Shown: positions 27,074-40,176 of the stretch, in pieces
Layout of the letters: each line of letters opens with the position of its first letter
How positions within the stretch are numbered: position 1 is the first letter of the stretch
Assembly: GCF_001194135.2 (NCBI RefSeq)
Contig: NC_068988.1
Location: forward strand, 20,730,800-20,794,799
DNA length: 64,000 nucleotides
Direction of reading: 5' to 3'
Origin: Octopus bimaculoides
Taxonomy: Eukaryota
The notes under the pieces: model-generated
What the model saw: only the letters and a program-made list of their open reading frames with translations
Databases searched by the model: none
What the model was told of the DNA's origin: nothing
Made by a program: the position numbers and the translations under genes

Positions 27074-28619
27074 AAAGGATAGCAAGGTGCTTTGTTTCAT
27101 TTGATATTCCTTGTCCAAAATGTTTCAGGAATGACAAGGACACGGTAATTCCTCTAAAAACCGGGGGGGAAAAAAAATATGACACATTCACCATTGCAGT
27201 GTTAAATACAACAGCTTTGCCGGTTTTATATAACTAATTACACATTTCATAAATAATTCTTATTATGTGAAGAATGCAAAACTAATTTACAATGTATTGT
27301 GTACCTATTTGGGACAAATTCTAATCAACAATAACAGAAATGATTTCTTAATTAGTCAGTGATGCCTTAAGCAATTAGACGAACCACAGACTGAATATTA
27401 GAATTTTTTAATTAACAACTAATGATACAATTCTGGCACAACTATATGATTAGTGAACAATACATAATATATATCGAATGCCTTACTGACTTATCGATAC
27501 TTATACATTGATAAATTTTAGCATCTATTTCAAATTGGTATACAGATATCTTTAGATCATTACGGTATATAGAAAATATTTTAATGCTTGTCTATCTCAA
27601 TTCTCTTCAATATTCTAACACATTAAAGGCAAGAAAACCAGTGAGTTCCTTAGATGTTTTCTGGTAAACACCAAACCAAACTAAATGAGTGAAATGCATT
27701 TTTTAATGACAATTTTAGTTATACATCAGTGAAAAACTGAGAATAAATAGAACCTCTCACTCCCTAACTCTGGTGACATATCATGTATCAAGTCAGACTG
27801 CCAGCCATCAAGAAACCTCATTCATTTCTCTTTTTCCAACCCATAAATTAACCATATGTCCTTTTTTTTTTATCTTCCAAACATCAAAGAGCATGTATAT
27901 AAGGCTGAATAGGGAGGAAAAAAAAAAAAATTCCTTTTTACATTCAGATGTCTTCTGGGTGTTCTTGTCTCAGTGACCTGCCCATTAACAAACATGAAAT
28001 GTACAGGAATAACATACACAAACATCAAAGAGTTACTTTTAAGCAGAGTTATCGTAGTTATAAATTCAATTAGAAATAATTGCTTAAGAACAGTTTACAA
28101 ATTAATAGTTACTCAGAGTGAATTCAATTTAAATTTTATCTTAAGAGATGAAACAAGATGTGGAAGATTTTTAAAAAAATAAATAAATATTGTTTGTTAA
28201 CAAGAAGTCATTATATCATCCATAAAAGGCAACAGGCAGAGTTGTTTTTGTTTTATACCAATTTTAGTAGAGGCAAGTAACAAGCTCTCAAATTGATTTC
28301 AAATACTTTTGTCAAGCAATATTGCATCAAAGTGAACCATTCTTTGATAAGTATAGGTGCAAAAATTTTGCAAGATAGTTTAAGCAATGATAAAGCTTCT
28401 AAAATATGGTTCTGTCAGCATGTTTTACAAAAATAAGCAAGTCTCTTCTTGTAAGCAAAAATATACAATTCTTCTAGTACAGGCCAAGGTCTCAAAATTA
28501 TTTCTTTGGTGGTAATCAAGGCTTATAGATGTTAGTTAGTGTGGCCCAACTGTTGGAGTAATTAATCTCTCTTAGAAAAAGCAGAAGGTTTAATAAATCC
28601 TAGAAGCTGAGAGCTGTTC

Positions 28620-29955
28620 AGTTAATAAGTGAGGTGTGATAACGAAAAAAAAAAAATCTGGTGGTGCATGTTGCAAACCACATCATTTACTCAAAATGGG
28701 TAACAAAAATTTGATCATTCGTTTCATGCATGGAGACTGGACAAAAGCCACTTGAGCTAGCAAAAACATGGGAACAATGCATCAAAACCCTGCTGAGAGG
28801 AGAAAAATTGGAAAGCATCAGTAATCAAAGTGGAGTTCATGCTGAAGCTGGTTTACTTACCAACAGCAACAGCGATAAAAAACCTTTAATAAGGAAGAAT
28901 GTCTTGTGAACAAGATTACTGAATGACCATTTCTAATAGACTACAAAAGACATGCAACACTTTGATAATGCTAGTTTGAAAGAATAGGACAGCAAATTGA
29001 AGATTCTAAAATTAGATTTAAGAAAGAAGAAGAAAAAAAGAGAAGAATCTAAAATAAAACCTTCTACTGATATTAGTATCAATATAAACTAATTTCAGAA
29101 ATTGTCTTGAAATAGTATAAAGGGAAGTAGGGAATAGGAAACCACTTAGAGAAATATCACCATTTTTGAAACAGTATACTGAATTATTCTTGCTGCCAGT
29201 AACGAAGACAAACAGGAATATATTATATTATATAAAATTGGAACAAGTTATCAGAAACTTGAGTCAATTTGTATCAACATAGATAGCTTTTTCTAAATAT
29301 AACTGAAATTTGGACAGAAATTTTTAGCATTCTGCATAGTACGAGAAACAAGTTGGCATTAGGAAAAAGTAAAAAATGTTATTTTTGTTCCTTCATTTCT
29401 GTATATTAGAAGATTAGAGATGTTTTCTCATTCTAAAATACAAATTATTCAATGAGATATACTGCCAGAAGAAGAAGTGTCTTGTTGGTCAAATTAATAT
29501 TTCTGTTTTAAATTAGAACATCTCAAAGTGTTACTGAATTATGAGGAAGTAAAATATAACAGGCACTTCAACAAAGAGATGTTAAATTAACATGGAATTA
29601 CATTATAATAAACTGACAATGTAAAGCAGATGGAAATTTTGAATGACTTTTGCAGTGAAAGAATATGAAAGACTTTTAGAACACATGATACCAGTGATGC
29701 ATGAAGTAATATACAAATATGTCGGTGAACAATACAGATTTCAAAGGAATGACAAAGAAGAAAAGGAAATTGGAAGATGTTAGCCAATTCAAGAACAAGA
29801 ATACCACACGAATTTGTAGCTATTTTTAACAACCATTTAAGAATTTTGTCTTGTTTCCTGCAAATCAGCTTCATTATAAGTTCAAATGACAGACAGTTTC
29901 ATACAGATGTCCCAAGAAAAGAGTGTAAAGAATACCTTGATTTTATATTGCTTTA
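28620..29955 (+). pseudogene. Possible decayed coding relic of unknown origin
   Basis: Several ~40-60-codon, protein-like, stop-free runs in shifting frames (e.g. METGQKPLELAKTWEQCIKTLLRGEKLES, KPLREISPFLKQYTELFLLP, WKMLANSRTRIPHEFVAIFNNHLRIL). No splice sites tie them together. Confidence 0.35.
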
Positions 29956-32900
29956 AAAAAAAAAACTATAAAAAAAAACAAAGCTTGTGAGTTGGTTCCT
30001 TGTTACATTTTAATAGTTCTATGGAAAGTAGAAGAGAGATCTAATACACAAACCTTATTTGATGCCTGTTTGTTTGTTTTATTTTTCTCAAAGAGCTAAT
30101 GAAATTCTAACCTATTAAGAAATACATACCAACTAACTAATAACCCTACATGCCGACAATAGAGCCTCAATGTAGCTGCTCACTTTGTGAAAAATAGCAT
30201 TACATCTCCTTTGAATTGAAAGCCAGCTCAATTTCAGGGATGACTTGGGGCTGAACAACAACAAATAACTCCAGAACATTTAGCCAATGAAAAAAAAAAA
30301 AACTTATAGTAGCTTTAAAAAATTGAACTCTAGTTTATGTGGCCTCAGATATTTTATCTTTGTTCTTATGTTACTGACCTAGCTGAAACACATACCAAAT
30401 TTAAAGCCAGTAACTTCTTGAATTGCAAAAACAAAAACAGAAGAGAAGAAAAATTGAATATCATAGCTGTCTGCCTAAATTTGAGTTTTATAATGTTGAT
30501 ACTAGGAAGAAATGTATTATGAATAATCCAAACTGAAATGGAAGTGAATGTCTTAACCAGTTTGCATCACACTTGAACTTGGTGATACAAAGAAAACTAT
30601 TGGAAACAATTATTAGATAAAGCAAAACATCATAGAAGGAAACTGGAAATCCTTATATGTAGCACACGTGTGTGCAAGAATTTCTCATATCAGAAGTTCT
30701 TCATAATATTCCACTGGGTGCAGTAGCATTTTTTAAATAGTGGCTATATAGTTCCTCTCTGCTAAGCAAAGGTAAATGTAATAATGTAATTGTTAATTGA
30801 AGGTGAAATATCTCAGAAAAGCATTTTCGATGCTGGAAAACCCACCACAGCCCAGCTTAGAAAAAAAAAAGAAGAAAAAAAAGGGAAATTGCCTTTTCTA
30901 ACAAAACATAGAAGCATAGCCATAATTTTTTAAGTGAGGAACAGTTGACTAAATCATGTCATTTAAATGACCCCTGAAGAATAAAAGTTTGAATTAGCCC
31001 CAACAGGATTGAAACTGAAACAGAAAGGGATTTGACGATATATCAGCCAAGTATTTTGTCTGATACTCTACAAATTACACCAATCAACAACCAAAATAAA
31101 TAACATTTGATAGTAAATATAATTTAACATCAAGAGTAGAAAAATTTGAGTGATAGCAAAGAAATTCTGTTAAAAAAAAACTATAAGAAAAAATAAAAAA
31201 AGTTATAAGATAATTCTGTCATCTACCTTATAATATAATGTACCGTTTGCTGTTATCGCTATCAGAGGGCATCATTCATAGTGCAATAACAAATATGCTG
31301 GTAATGCAGCTAAGCAAATAGAAAGCCTAACATGTGAAAAGATAAGGGTAGTAACATGTTGTCATATTATTACACTGATATACGTACACGCCCACACACA
31401 TTTTCTCTTTTTAACAAGTAAAAGATTATTATAAGATGTGTACGATAACAAGAAAGGAAGCTAAATTTATTACTACATGAACAAATAAAATAAAAGATAC
31501 AATGGTTAAATTGCTTTAATAGCTGCTGTGAGATAATATATATCAAGATGTCTCGAGTTGAAAACTAAATTATTTTTTTAAAATTTTCCTTTAGGCATTT
31601 CAGGTTTGTGGATCTTATTTTGAAATGTTACTACTACAGTTACATAACAATTTTCTACATTTCAAGATTTCAAAAATCATTCTCACAACTCAGTTTGGAT
31701 TAAATATAGTGATGATAATTGAGACTTTGTAAAAATAATCTTTGATATCAACTGGACATACAGAATTTGTTATGAGACAACCAGTTCCAAAGAAAACCAA
31801 GGTAGGTTTTCATTGGTACTGTCTAACAAACCAAGGCCAGATGAGCCAATGAAGAAAGCCTTTACATGATCACTTGACCTGCAAGAAATGGTAGCGAAAC
31901 TTTTTCAGATCATCTTAAAAACAGGATGGACACATTGTATAATGTAGTCCTGCCTACACAAAAAGATGGTATGGCCGGAACATCTTTGATCGTAAGTCAA
32001 CTCAATCATTAAAACCAAATATTAACCCAAAGGTGAAAATGAAACAGAAGATAAACCCAAATTAAATGTGAATGTTTTGGAAAACTGTTGTAGGGTTAAA
32101 AAAAAAAACGGTAAGATCTTTAATTCAAAAACCTTGATGGAAAATGTTTAAACACACACACACACACATTGATATTTCCTGGTATTTTGTTGCTTGAATA
32201 TGTGCATAGATGGCAGAAACTTGGATCAGTGATAGAACGAATCACTACAGATTTTATGTCCTCAAAAAGACAGGACTTAAAGAGACCTTCAACCCTAAAA
32301 TTATCTCTGTTTTTTTTGCCAAACACTTCAGAGTCTATTTAAAGCATTTTATCATGGCATTATCATGAGTGAGGTTGCCTTGTGCCTTGCAAGACAAAAA
32401 AAAAAAAGTTTTCACCGTTCTATGATGTCTCCGTTTCTTCATTCAGGATATAGTGACCAATTGAGTAGGTAGGATAGAGAGTTACAGCAAAGTGGGAAGA
32501 AACAAGAGTAAGGCAGAGCAAACAGAGCTATTGGAGCGACAGTGAGGAAGAAAGGAGAAATGAGAGAGAGAGAGAGAGGGAGAGAGAGAGAGAGAGTGCT
32601 AGAATGGGTAATGAAGAGGAAAAGTAATGGTAGGGATGTAAAGCAAGCTGATAACATCAGAAAGGTTATGTTAAACTAGTTCATCCACAGGTGCTAACAA
32701 ATAAACCAGTACTGAACAAGAGAAAACAATGTAGGCAACAGACACATTACATTCTGCAGTTTTTGCTAACTGGGAAGCTTTTTTATATGCATAGATTCAA
32801 CAATAAGTGGACCATTATGCAACTACAGTGTAAGCATTTTCTATCAAAGATAAGAATAATCCATTGTAGAATCACTGGAAAATGTCATGGAACAAAACCA

Positions 32901-33758
32901 CTGAACCATTCTTGAAGAGTGCTGAACATACTGACGTAACGAAAACAATATAAATGATATTACATTTATCAATAAACAACACAAAGTAGAAGCTCCTAGT
33001 GTGGGGGAAGGGGCGGTGCCATGTGTATACGTAAACACAATGTACATAAATTATGGTCTTAATGAGGAGCCTCTATATGGTTACACAACCTGCTAGAAAC
33101 AGCAGCCATATCTCACCAAATTAAAACTCTAGTGTCTCGAAAAGAGAAGGATATGTTGTATAATGTAGTCATTGATTCACAATAGCCAAGAGAAGGACAG
33201 GTGACTGCAACCGGAATGCCTTCAATCTAGTTAAAGGTGATCTGAGTGTAAACTACAACAACTACACTTATGGAACAAACACGATATTCTTTACAGTAGC
33301 ATGTTCCAGATAAAATACAATATAATCTCTGTTCTACTTGATACAAGATCAAAGACTAATTTAATTGCCAAGGTAACAACATTCTATGCAATTTAGAAGT
33401 AATTTATTCCATTTCATAGGTTGACAATGCCATATTGCCTACAAAACATTCAGAATGCCAAAATGTATCCAGAGTATCATAAGTTACTGGAGTTTTCTTG
33501 TTAAATATCATGACATTTCTATAGTTTTATACCATCCTGGGTCAGTGAAAGCCAGTAAACCTTTTATATTCACTCCACCAGCTTCTTTTGGTTCCTGAAT
33601 ATATGTTTGCCAATATTAACTTTTTTGTTAATTTTCTAGGAAATATGATATTACTCTGGATGAGCGAAGCAAATTGCGTGTATAGGTGCATATGTGTCTG
33701 CACAGTAGTAATGCCTTAATGTGCAACTGATCATTGGATTCACACATATGCTGGTTCT

Positions 33759-34143
33759 GTTGTTGGCACTCCGTCGCTTACGACGTCGAGGGTTCCAGTT
33801 GATCCAATTAACGGAACAGCCTGCTTGTGAAAGTAACGTGTAAGTGGCTGAGCCCTCCACAGACACGTGTATCCTCAACGTAGTTCTCGGGGGATATTCA
33901 GCGTGACACAGTGTGACAAGGCTGACCTTTTGAATTACAGGCACAACAGAAACAGGAAGTAAGAGTGAGAGAAAGTTGTGGTGAAAGACTACAGCAGGGT
34001 TCGCCACCATCCCCTGCCGGAGCCTCGTGGAGCTTTAGGTGTTTTCGCTCAATAAACACTCACAACGCCCGATCTGGGAATCGAAACCGCGATCCTATGA
34101 CCACGAGTCCACTGCCCTAACCACTGGGCCATTGCGCCTCCAC
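33759..34143 (-). mobile_element. SINE family B, full length, with an 11-bp target-site duplication
   Basis: ATGCTGGTTCT at 33748-33758 and 34144-34154. Confidence 0.93.
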
Positions 34144-34294
34144 ATGCTGGTTCTACATTGGTTTATTAAACCTCAAGGTACCAAAACCTATCCATTTTGC
34201 AAACCAAGAGTGAAAGTACTGAAAACAGTTGTAGCAACGACAGCAATGGTAACGATAATGACTACTATAATTGTTTCTAATATCAATACAAAGC

Positions 34295-34818
34295 CAGAAA
34301 TTTTGGCAGAGAAGTTAACTGGTTAAATTGATCCCAGTACTTGACACATGCATTGTATTTTGTTGACCCTAAAATGGTGAAAGGCAAGGTTGGCTCCAGC
34401 AAGATTCAAACACGGGGTGTAAAGAGCAAGAACAAATGCTGGAAAGCATTTTGTCTGCTATAGTGCCAATCCATCACTCTACCAATAATAATAATAGTCA
34501 TTTCTACTGGAAGCACAAGGGGGAAGGGATTAAGTCGATTACAACGACCTCAGTGCATAGCTAGTACTTATTTAATCGACCCCACCAAAAGGATGAAAGG
34601 CAAAGTTGACCCCGGCGGAATTTGAACACAGAACGTAGTGGCAGACGAAATACCACTAAGCATTTCGCCCAGCATGTTAACGATTCTGGCAGCTTGCCGC
34701 CTTAACAATAATAATAATAATTAATAATAATAATAATAATACAGGATGCTGGGTGTGTCTCAGGAAGTGACTGTAATAAGCATGCAGATTAAAAGTAAAA
34801 AATGACAATAATATTAAT

Positions 34819-34853
<35 letters not shown>

Positions 34854-35065
34854 TGATTTCAAATTTTTGCCACAAGGGCAGCTTGTGGGAGGGGATTAAG
34901 TCAATGACATCAACCCTAGTGTTTCACTGGTACTTAATTTACAAACCCCAAAAGGATGAAAGGCAAAGCTAACTTTGGCAAAATTTGAACTCAGAATGTA
35001 GCAATGGGTGAAATACTGCTAAGCATTTCATTCAGTGTGCTAACGGTTCTGCCAGCTCACTGCCT
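34295..35065 (-). mobile_element. Three tandem SINE D copies separated by (AAT)n
   Basis: Copies at ~34295-34490, 34495-34705 and 34855-35065, all in the same orientation. Confidence 0.8.
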
Positions 35066-35081
35066 AATAATAATAATGATA

Positions 35082-35128
<47 letters not shown>

Positions 35129-35129
<1 letters not shown>

Positions 35130-35482
35130 TATCAATACCAGCAGATGACAACGTTTCTCTAAAAGAAATGGAAAAACTTTCAAAATACAAAGACCTGGAA
35201 ACAGAGGTAACTCGAATGTGGAATCTAAAAACAGAAACAATTCCTATCATAGTAGGTGCCTTAGGTATAATAAAAAAATATTCAGACAAATACATAACAA
35301 AAACACCAGGACTTACAAATATATATAACATACAGAAAACTGCACTACTGGGCACTGCACACATCCTACGCAAAACACTTTCAATACAGTAAACATAAGA
35401 GCACCACAGCACATACCCAAGGCGCACAGAGCTGCGCTCGGTAGTGAAGTGAAAGCACGTTATAAAAATAAAACTACTGAAC
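35129..35482 (+). mobile_element. 5'-truncated R4/Dong-clade non-LTR retrotransposon (restriction-like endonuclease C-terminus and 3' UTR)
   Basis: Encodes VSIPADDNVSLKEMEKLSKYKDLETEVTRMWNLKTETIPIIVGALGIIK...IQKTALLGTAHILRKTLSIQ*. (AAT)n lies on both sides. Confidence 0.85.
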
Positions 35483-35515
<33 letters not shown>

Positions 35516-35630
35516 CATAATAAAAAGAACAGATAGCATGGTGCTGTAGGCAGCAAGCCCACTATGCATGCAAGACTCCAAGAGTTACAACAAAAACCTG
35601 AGATAAAAAGAATAATAATAACAATAATAA

Positions 35631-36181
35631 ATGCGCTGATGAAGTACCAGGCACTGGCTCTCGTGGCTTCTGATCTTAACTGATTAGAAGTGTTATCATA
35701 TCCATGTTTTGTCTTGGTATAAAAAGATGGGCTACAGCAAATATTCTGCTGAATACCACAGAATTGCTTGTCTGTTGTTTGACCTTAACCAGTTGAGCAT
35801 ATCTCTTGGTGGCTGATGATATGTGCATCTCTGATCACAAGGAGTAGTAGGGGAGCATCATAGCAATGTATTGAAAAGAATTCTTTGGGGTTTGGATAAT
35901 TCACCTCTGGAAACATAGGTGTTACGTTCAACATCCTTAAACAACCCTTATTCAGGGACCTTTTGAGTGGGATGGGTTACTTGACCTGAAGAAAATTCTA
36001 TCCAGGCTAAAACTGTAGGACATACACTTTTTAACTTGATATGAGATCACCATGTTGCACACATATGGTTGTGGTGCACGTGCCTGGTATACTCGTATCA
36101 GACAGGTAGTTATGATAGGTGTGTTGGGTTTCATATATTCAGACTCCAGTGTCACTTTGATAGCATGCACTGCACTCTCTC
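35631..36181 (+). mobile_element. Unclassified ~550-bp interspersed element associated with (AAT)n, copy 1
   Basis: Colinear homology with 54043-54582 over the full length and the same two ends (aatgc.ctgatg.agtaccaggca ... gtcactttgat.gca.gcactgc.ctctc). Followed by AAT repeats. Confidence 0.8.
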
Positions 36182-36233
36182 AAAAATAATAATCATCATC
36201 ATCATCATCATCGTTTNNNNNNNNNNAATAATA

Positions 36234-36270
<37 letters not shown>

Positions 36271-36469
36271 CTTTTGCTTGCCACAGGGAGTGTTGGATGA
36301 AGGAGACATTACAAAGGCAGATGACATAAGCCTCAGGATTTATATAAAACAGGATTAGAGGGAGAAAACAGCAAATGAGATAAAAATCTATATATCACGC
36401 AAATATATACATGGATGATACAGTCCTCTTGATTCAACGAGGTCCAGTTGGAACCCTGCCAGGTTCAAG

Positions 36470-36965
36470 ATTGCCTTACTGCCAGAACATCAAAAGTAGG
36501 TACACCCACCAAAGCATTGTTCTCCAACCCACAGGCACATACTTAGATTAGTTCCGTCAACTCTTACCATTTTCACCAGTCATCTGCCTTTTGGCAAATT
36601 CAATGGAGAAAAACACTTCCGTTTCCATCATCACCTTCCTTTCTATGTTTAACTTGAAAAATCTCAATGAGGGTTTGACCGAAGAGTTAAGTGTCTATTC
36701 TCAGTCTTTGACCTCAACCACCAGACAATCTCTTTTGTCATTGCAATTTGACAGAGAAAAACTGCTTGTTTGACCCAGTTAAGGCTGGCAGAATGATAAT
36801 TAAGATGAAATCAGCTAATAGTTGGATCCATCCCACATACAACAACAGCTGTTCCTCACAAGGCAACAAATCAGCAATGCCTGAACGTTGAATGAGTGTT
36901 AGCAGAATGGTTTCATCGTTCAACAAGCATCCTAAGTGATCCCATCTGATGGCACAATTATACAT
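36470..36965 (-). mobile_element. Second relic of the same L1/Tx1-type family
   Basis: DETILLTLIQRSGIADLLPCEEQLLLYVGWIQLLADFILIIILPALTGSNKQFFSV aligns by eye with the NETILHTFIQCP...VKQLLLPIGWI...KDKQFSSV region of the 8.2-kb copy. Confidence 0.65.
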
Positions 36966-37155
36966 GTAAAGTTAATCATGAACCGATAACACCCCTCCAT
37001 AACACTACCAGTATCAAAATTTCTAGTCATTATCTATAGTAGTCCCTGATCCCAAAGTCTTCCAGAACTGACCTGGCATCTCATCGTCTTACAAACTAGT
37101 GTTTCCTTGAGAATGTTGTTGCTGTTTCTCAACACTAGCCCTCTATATATTACTA

Positions 37156-37214
<59 letters not shown>

Positions 37215-37619
37215 AATCACATTCTACACTCTTGGAGTGGTTGGTGTTAGGAAGGGCATCCAGCTATGGAAACTCTGCCAAATCAGATTGGAGCCTGGTG
37301 TAACCATCTGGTTCACCAGTCCTCAGTCAAATCGTCCAACCCATGCTAGCATGGAAAGCAGATGTTAAATGATGATGATGATGATGATGATTACTTGAGA
37401 GGCATAGGATGGTGAATATATGACAATATTCCAAGACACATGGTTACAAATATTGATAGATAGGTAAAGTCAATAATAGTAATAACAATATCTAACTAGG
37501 ACCGATTTTAAAAATCATATGTGTATACACATGCATACATGTGTGCGTAAATGCATGTACATTTGTGTTAGAGATTATATTTAAGCATATCCAAAATGTG
37601 CTGGCTTGCACCTTTTCAG

Positions 37620-38065
37620 TTGTCCATTGAAATCTGATGGTTGGACAGTCAGATTTGTGATCCACAAGCTGGACCCATTGCAGTTAGGTGTGGTCATAAT
37701 GATGTGGAAACCAAGGTGCCATCTCTTGGCTCTCTCTCACACTGTTTTCTGATTGCCTTCTCCATCACCCTCTAGCCCCACTGCTGCCAAGTGATATATT
37801 CAGTAGCAACATCCTCAAACTCCTTGAGCCTGATCTTGGACTTCCTCCCAACACAGTTCATATGATCCTTATTAAAACTTCTTTGGTTCTTTAGCTGAGT
37901 GTTGCTCATAATGTTCTTTGCAAGTATTTGAGTGTGACACACACAATCAAGCCAGGTAACTCACAAAAACATTGGAGGTAGCTCATGTGAAAGTACAAGG
38001 ATTTAGCATGATTGTAGACTACCCAAGCTTCACAGCTACAAAGAATGGTGATGATACAAGTCATT
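37620..38065 (-). mobile_element. Highly degenerate RTE/BovB-like LINE fragment
   Basis: Minus-strand ITILCSCEAWVVYNHAKSLYFHMSYLQC resembles the RTE motif TLLYGSEAW..Y..H..L..FH..CL. Confidence 0.5.
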
Positions 38066-38074
38066 TGTCATACA

Positions 38075-38210
38075 ATGACCCTTGAGAAGGAATAAGGCTC
38101 TAGTGACCCTTCAGAAGGAATAAAGCTCTAGTGACCCTTCAGAAGGAATAAAACTCTAGTGACCTTTCAGAAGGAATAAAGCTCTAGTGACCCTTCAGAA
38201 GGAATAAAGC
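38075..38210 (+). repeat. 28-bp minisatellite, about 5 copies
   Basis: Unit gtgacccttcagaaggaataaagctcta, with 0-3 substitutions per copy. Confidence 0.9.
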
Positions 38211-38543
38211 CTCTTGTTCTAAAAGGTTGTGTGCCAAAGCCGCTAAAGGTTGCCTATGCTTGTTTAACCTATTTGTAACCATACTTCTGTAAAAACTACA
38301 CTGTCTTCGTTTCAATTAATTATGAAAATAACAAAGAATTTATTAGAATAATTTTGTCATTATTAAGCTGGTGTTTGGAACATAAATTAGGGTGAAGATT
38401 TGAGGGAAGGTTTTAATCTAAATCGCTTTAAAACATGAAGTTTATACCATAGAACCAAAGGCAATCTCAAACAATTTGGTATGAAAAGGGTTAATATGGA
38501 ACAGGATTTCATCAATGCTGTCATAAACACACACACACACACA

Positions 38544-38574
<31 letters not shown>

Positions 38575-40176
38575 TTTTAACAGCAATATAGAACGAATGT
38601 TATCTCCACCTTACCACTGTCTCCCACCAACACTATTGTATATGGATCACCACCAGATTAATTTCACAATCCCAAAAGTATGACAATATTTTCTCATATA
38701 GCAAAGTAGTATTCATACCATTTGGCTAAAGGAGGATTATCCAAGGATTATCAATGTTGAGTAACAGTATAATCCAAGAAATCACAAGACCAACCTCAGG
38801 GAACCAACTTATTTATTTATTTATTTATTTATTTATTCACACTGCTGCAGAATATTTAGTGAAGTAAATTAAAAACAGGTATATTGTATCCCAAATTAAA
38901 ACACCGTTCTTGTAATAAACTGAACACAATACAACCATTTCACCGTATGTCAACAATATATATGCAACAAACTATGAATTTTTTTTTTAGCACTGATATA
39001 TATATAATCATTATAAATATTTGATTGAATCACTAGAAAAGGTTAATTTAATCAAAACACCTTGGATATTTAGAATTAACACTCCATTTTGCTTAAGTTC
39101 AAGGTAATAGTTATCATTTATAAACAGAAGCGTCCTTGCCCGTTTAACTCTTTTGCATTCAGGTTACTCTGTCAAACACAATGCTCATTTATTCACACTG
39201 CTTTGAACTAATCATACATTATCTTAGCTTCAAGATTTCAATGATGTGACTGTATATTTTTTAAATGACATTGTAGGGTAGTTATGAGAGGCCAAATCTG
39301 GTTGCTTTCAACATAAAACTGGTAGAATATTTGGCCTGGATATGGCCAGTTTAAATGCTATGTCCAATTTAATGGCATGTTTCAGAAAAGCTGAAGATGT
39401 TTGTTGTAAAGTAATATTAGACCAATTCAGGATAGAGAAGAGAAACAGGATCAGATTTGGTTCTGTTTCTCTTTTCTGTCTCTTAATTAGTACATGTAAT
39501 GTCTGTATATCAGCTTACGCAGAAAATCTTAGTTTATTCAATCATAAATTCAAGATATTAATGTTTACAGTGAATAAACATATGTTAATAAACTGCCCAC
39601 TATTACTAGAAAATTGTTTTCTTCATCACATTGAGTTTTAGCAAGTGATCAAAAATATAGCGACTAGTAAAAACAGGCAAAGGCAGGAATAAACCATAAG
39701 TAGATATAAAGAGAGAAAAAAAAGCATAGAAATAACAAAAGGTCAAGAGGTCAAACCACTTATTTCTTCTACAGAATTATGTAACTCACCACAAGACTGC
39801 CATGACAGATTCAGAGACATTCAAAATCAACATTAAAGAAGCAGAATGAGTTACACAAAATCATTTCCTTATATAAACTTAAAGAAATTCTAAATCCAAA
39901 TACATATTAGAAAGGAATGGATTCTCTTGATACAATCTATTACATTGTGTGTGCATAATATTTTAAATCATTCATATGAGAGAGGATCAGTAAACATTTC
40001 TGGGGTGAACATATTTACAGGAAACTTTGGGTTATGGAACTATGAAACTGACATTGTAAATACCTTAGCATGTGTACTGATGCAGGGGCCATAGAAAGAT
40101 AAACACATGAATAAAACACACACACTAGGGTTACTTAAGCTAATTAGACAGAAGTTCAGAACTTGATAGTAATTAT

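Noticed and set aside
33480-33600. Minus-strand EPKEAGGVNIK resembling the L1 PKEEGGLG motif
   Set aside because: Too short, with no supporting neighbouring motifs.
33759-34143. tRNA genes in the SINE A, B and D heads
   Set aside because: They have A/B-box-like motifs but no complete cloverleaf I could fold, and they continue into multi-copy SINE bodies with tails and TSDs.
35631-35720. Hammerhead or HDV-like ribozyme at the end of the 550-bp element (CTGATGA at ~35637)
   Set aside because: The second copy reads CTGATGC, no stem II-GAAA follows, and I could not build the HDV P1/P2/P3 pairings in either orientation.
38040-38065. Minus-strand DLYHHHS as the missing next Abl exon (LVHHHS)
   Set aside because: The flanks do not match Abl, and another frame gives an RTE-like peptide.
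38075-38210. Regular 28-bp repeats as a CRISPR array
   Set aside because: The units are directly tandem with no unique spacers, there are no cas genes, and the context is eukaryotic.
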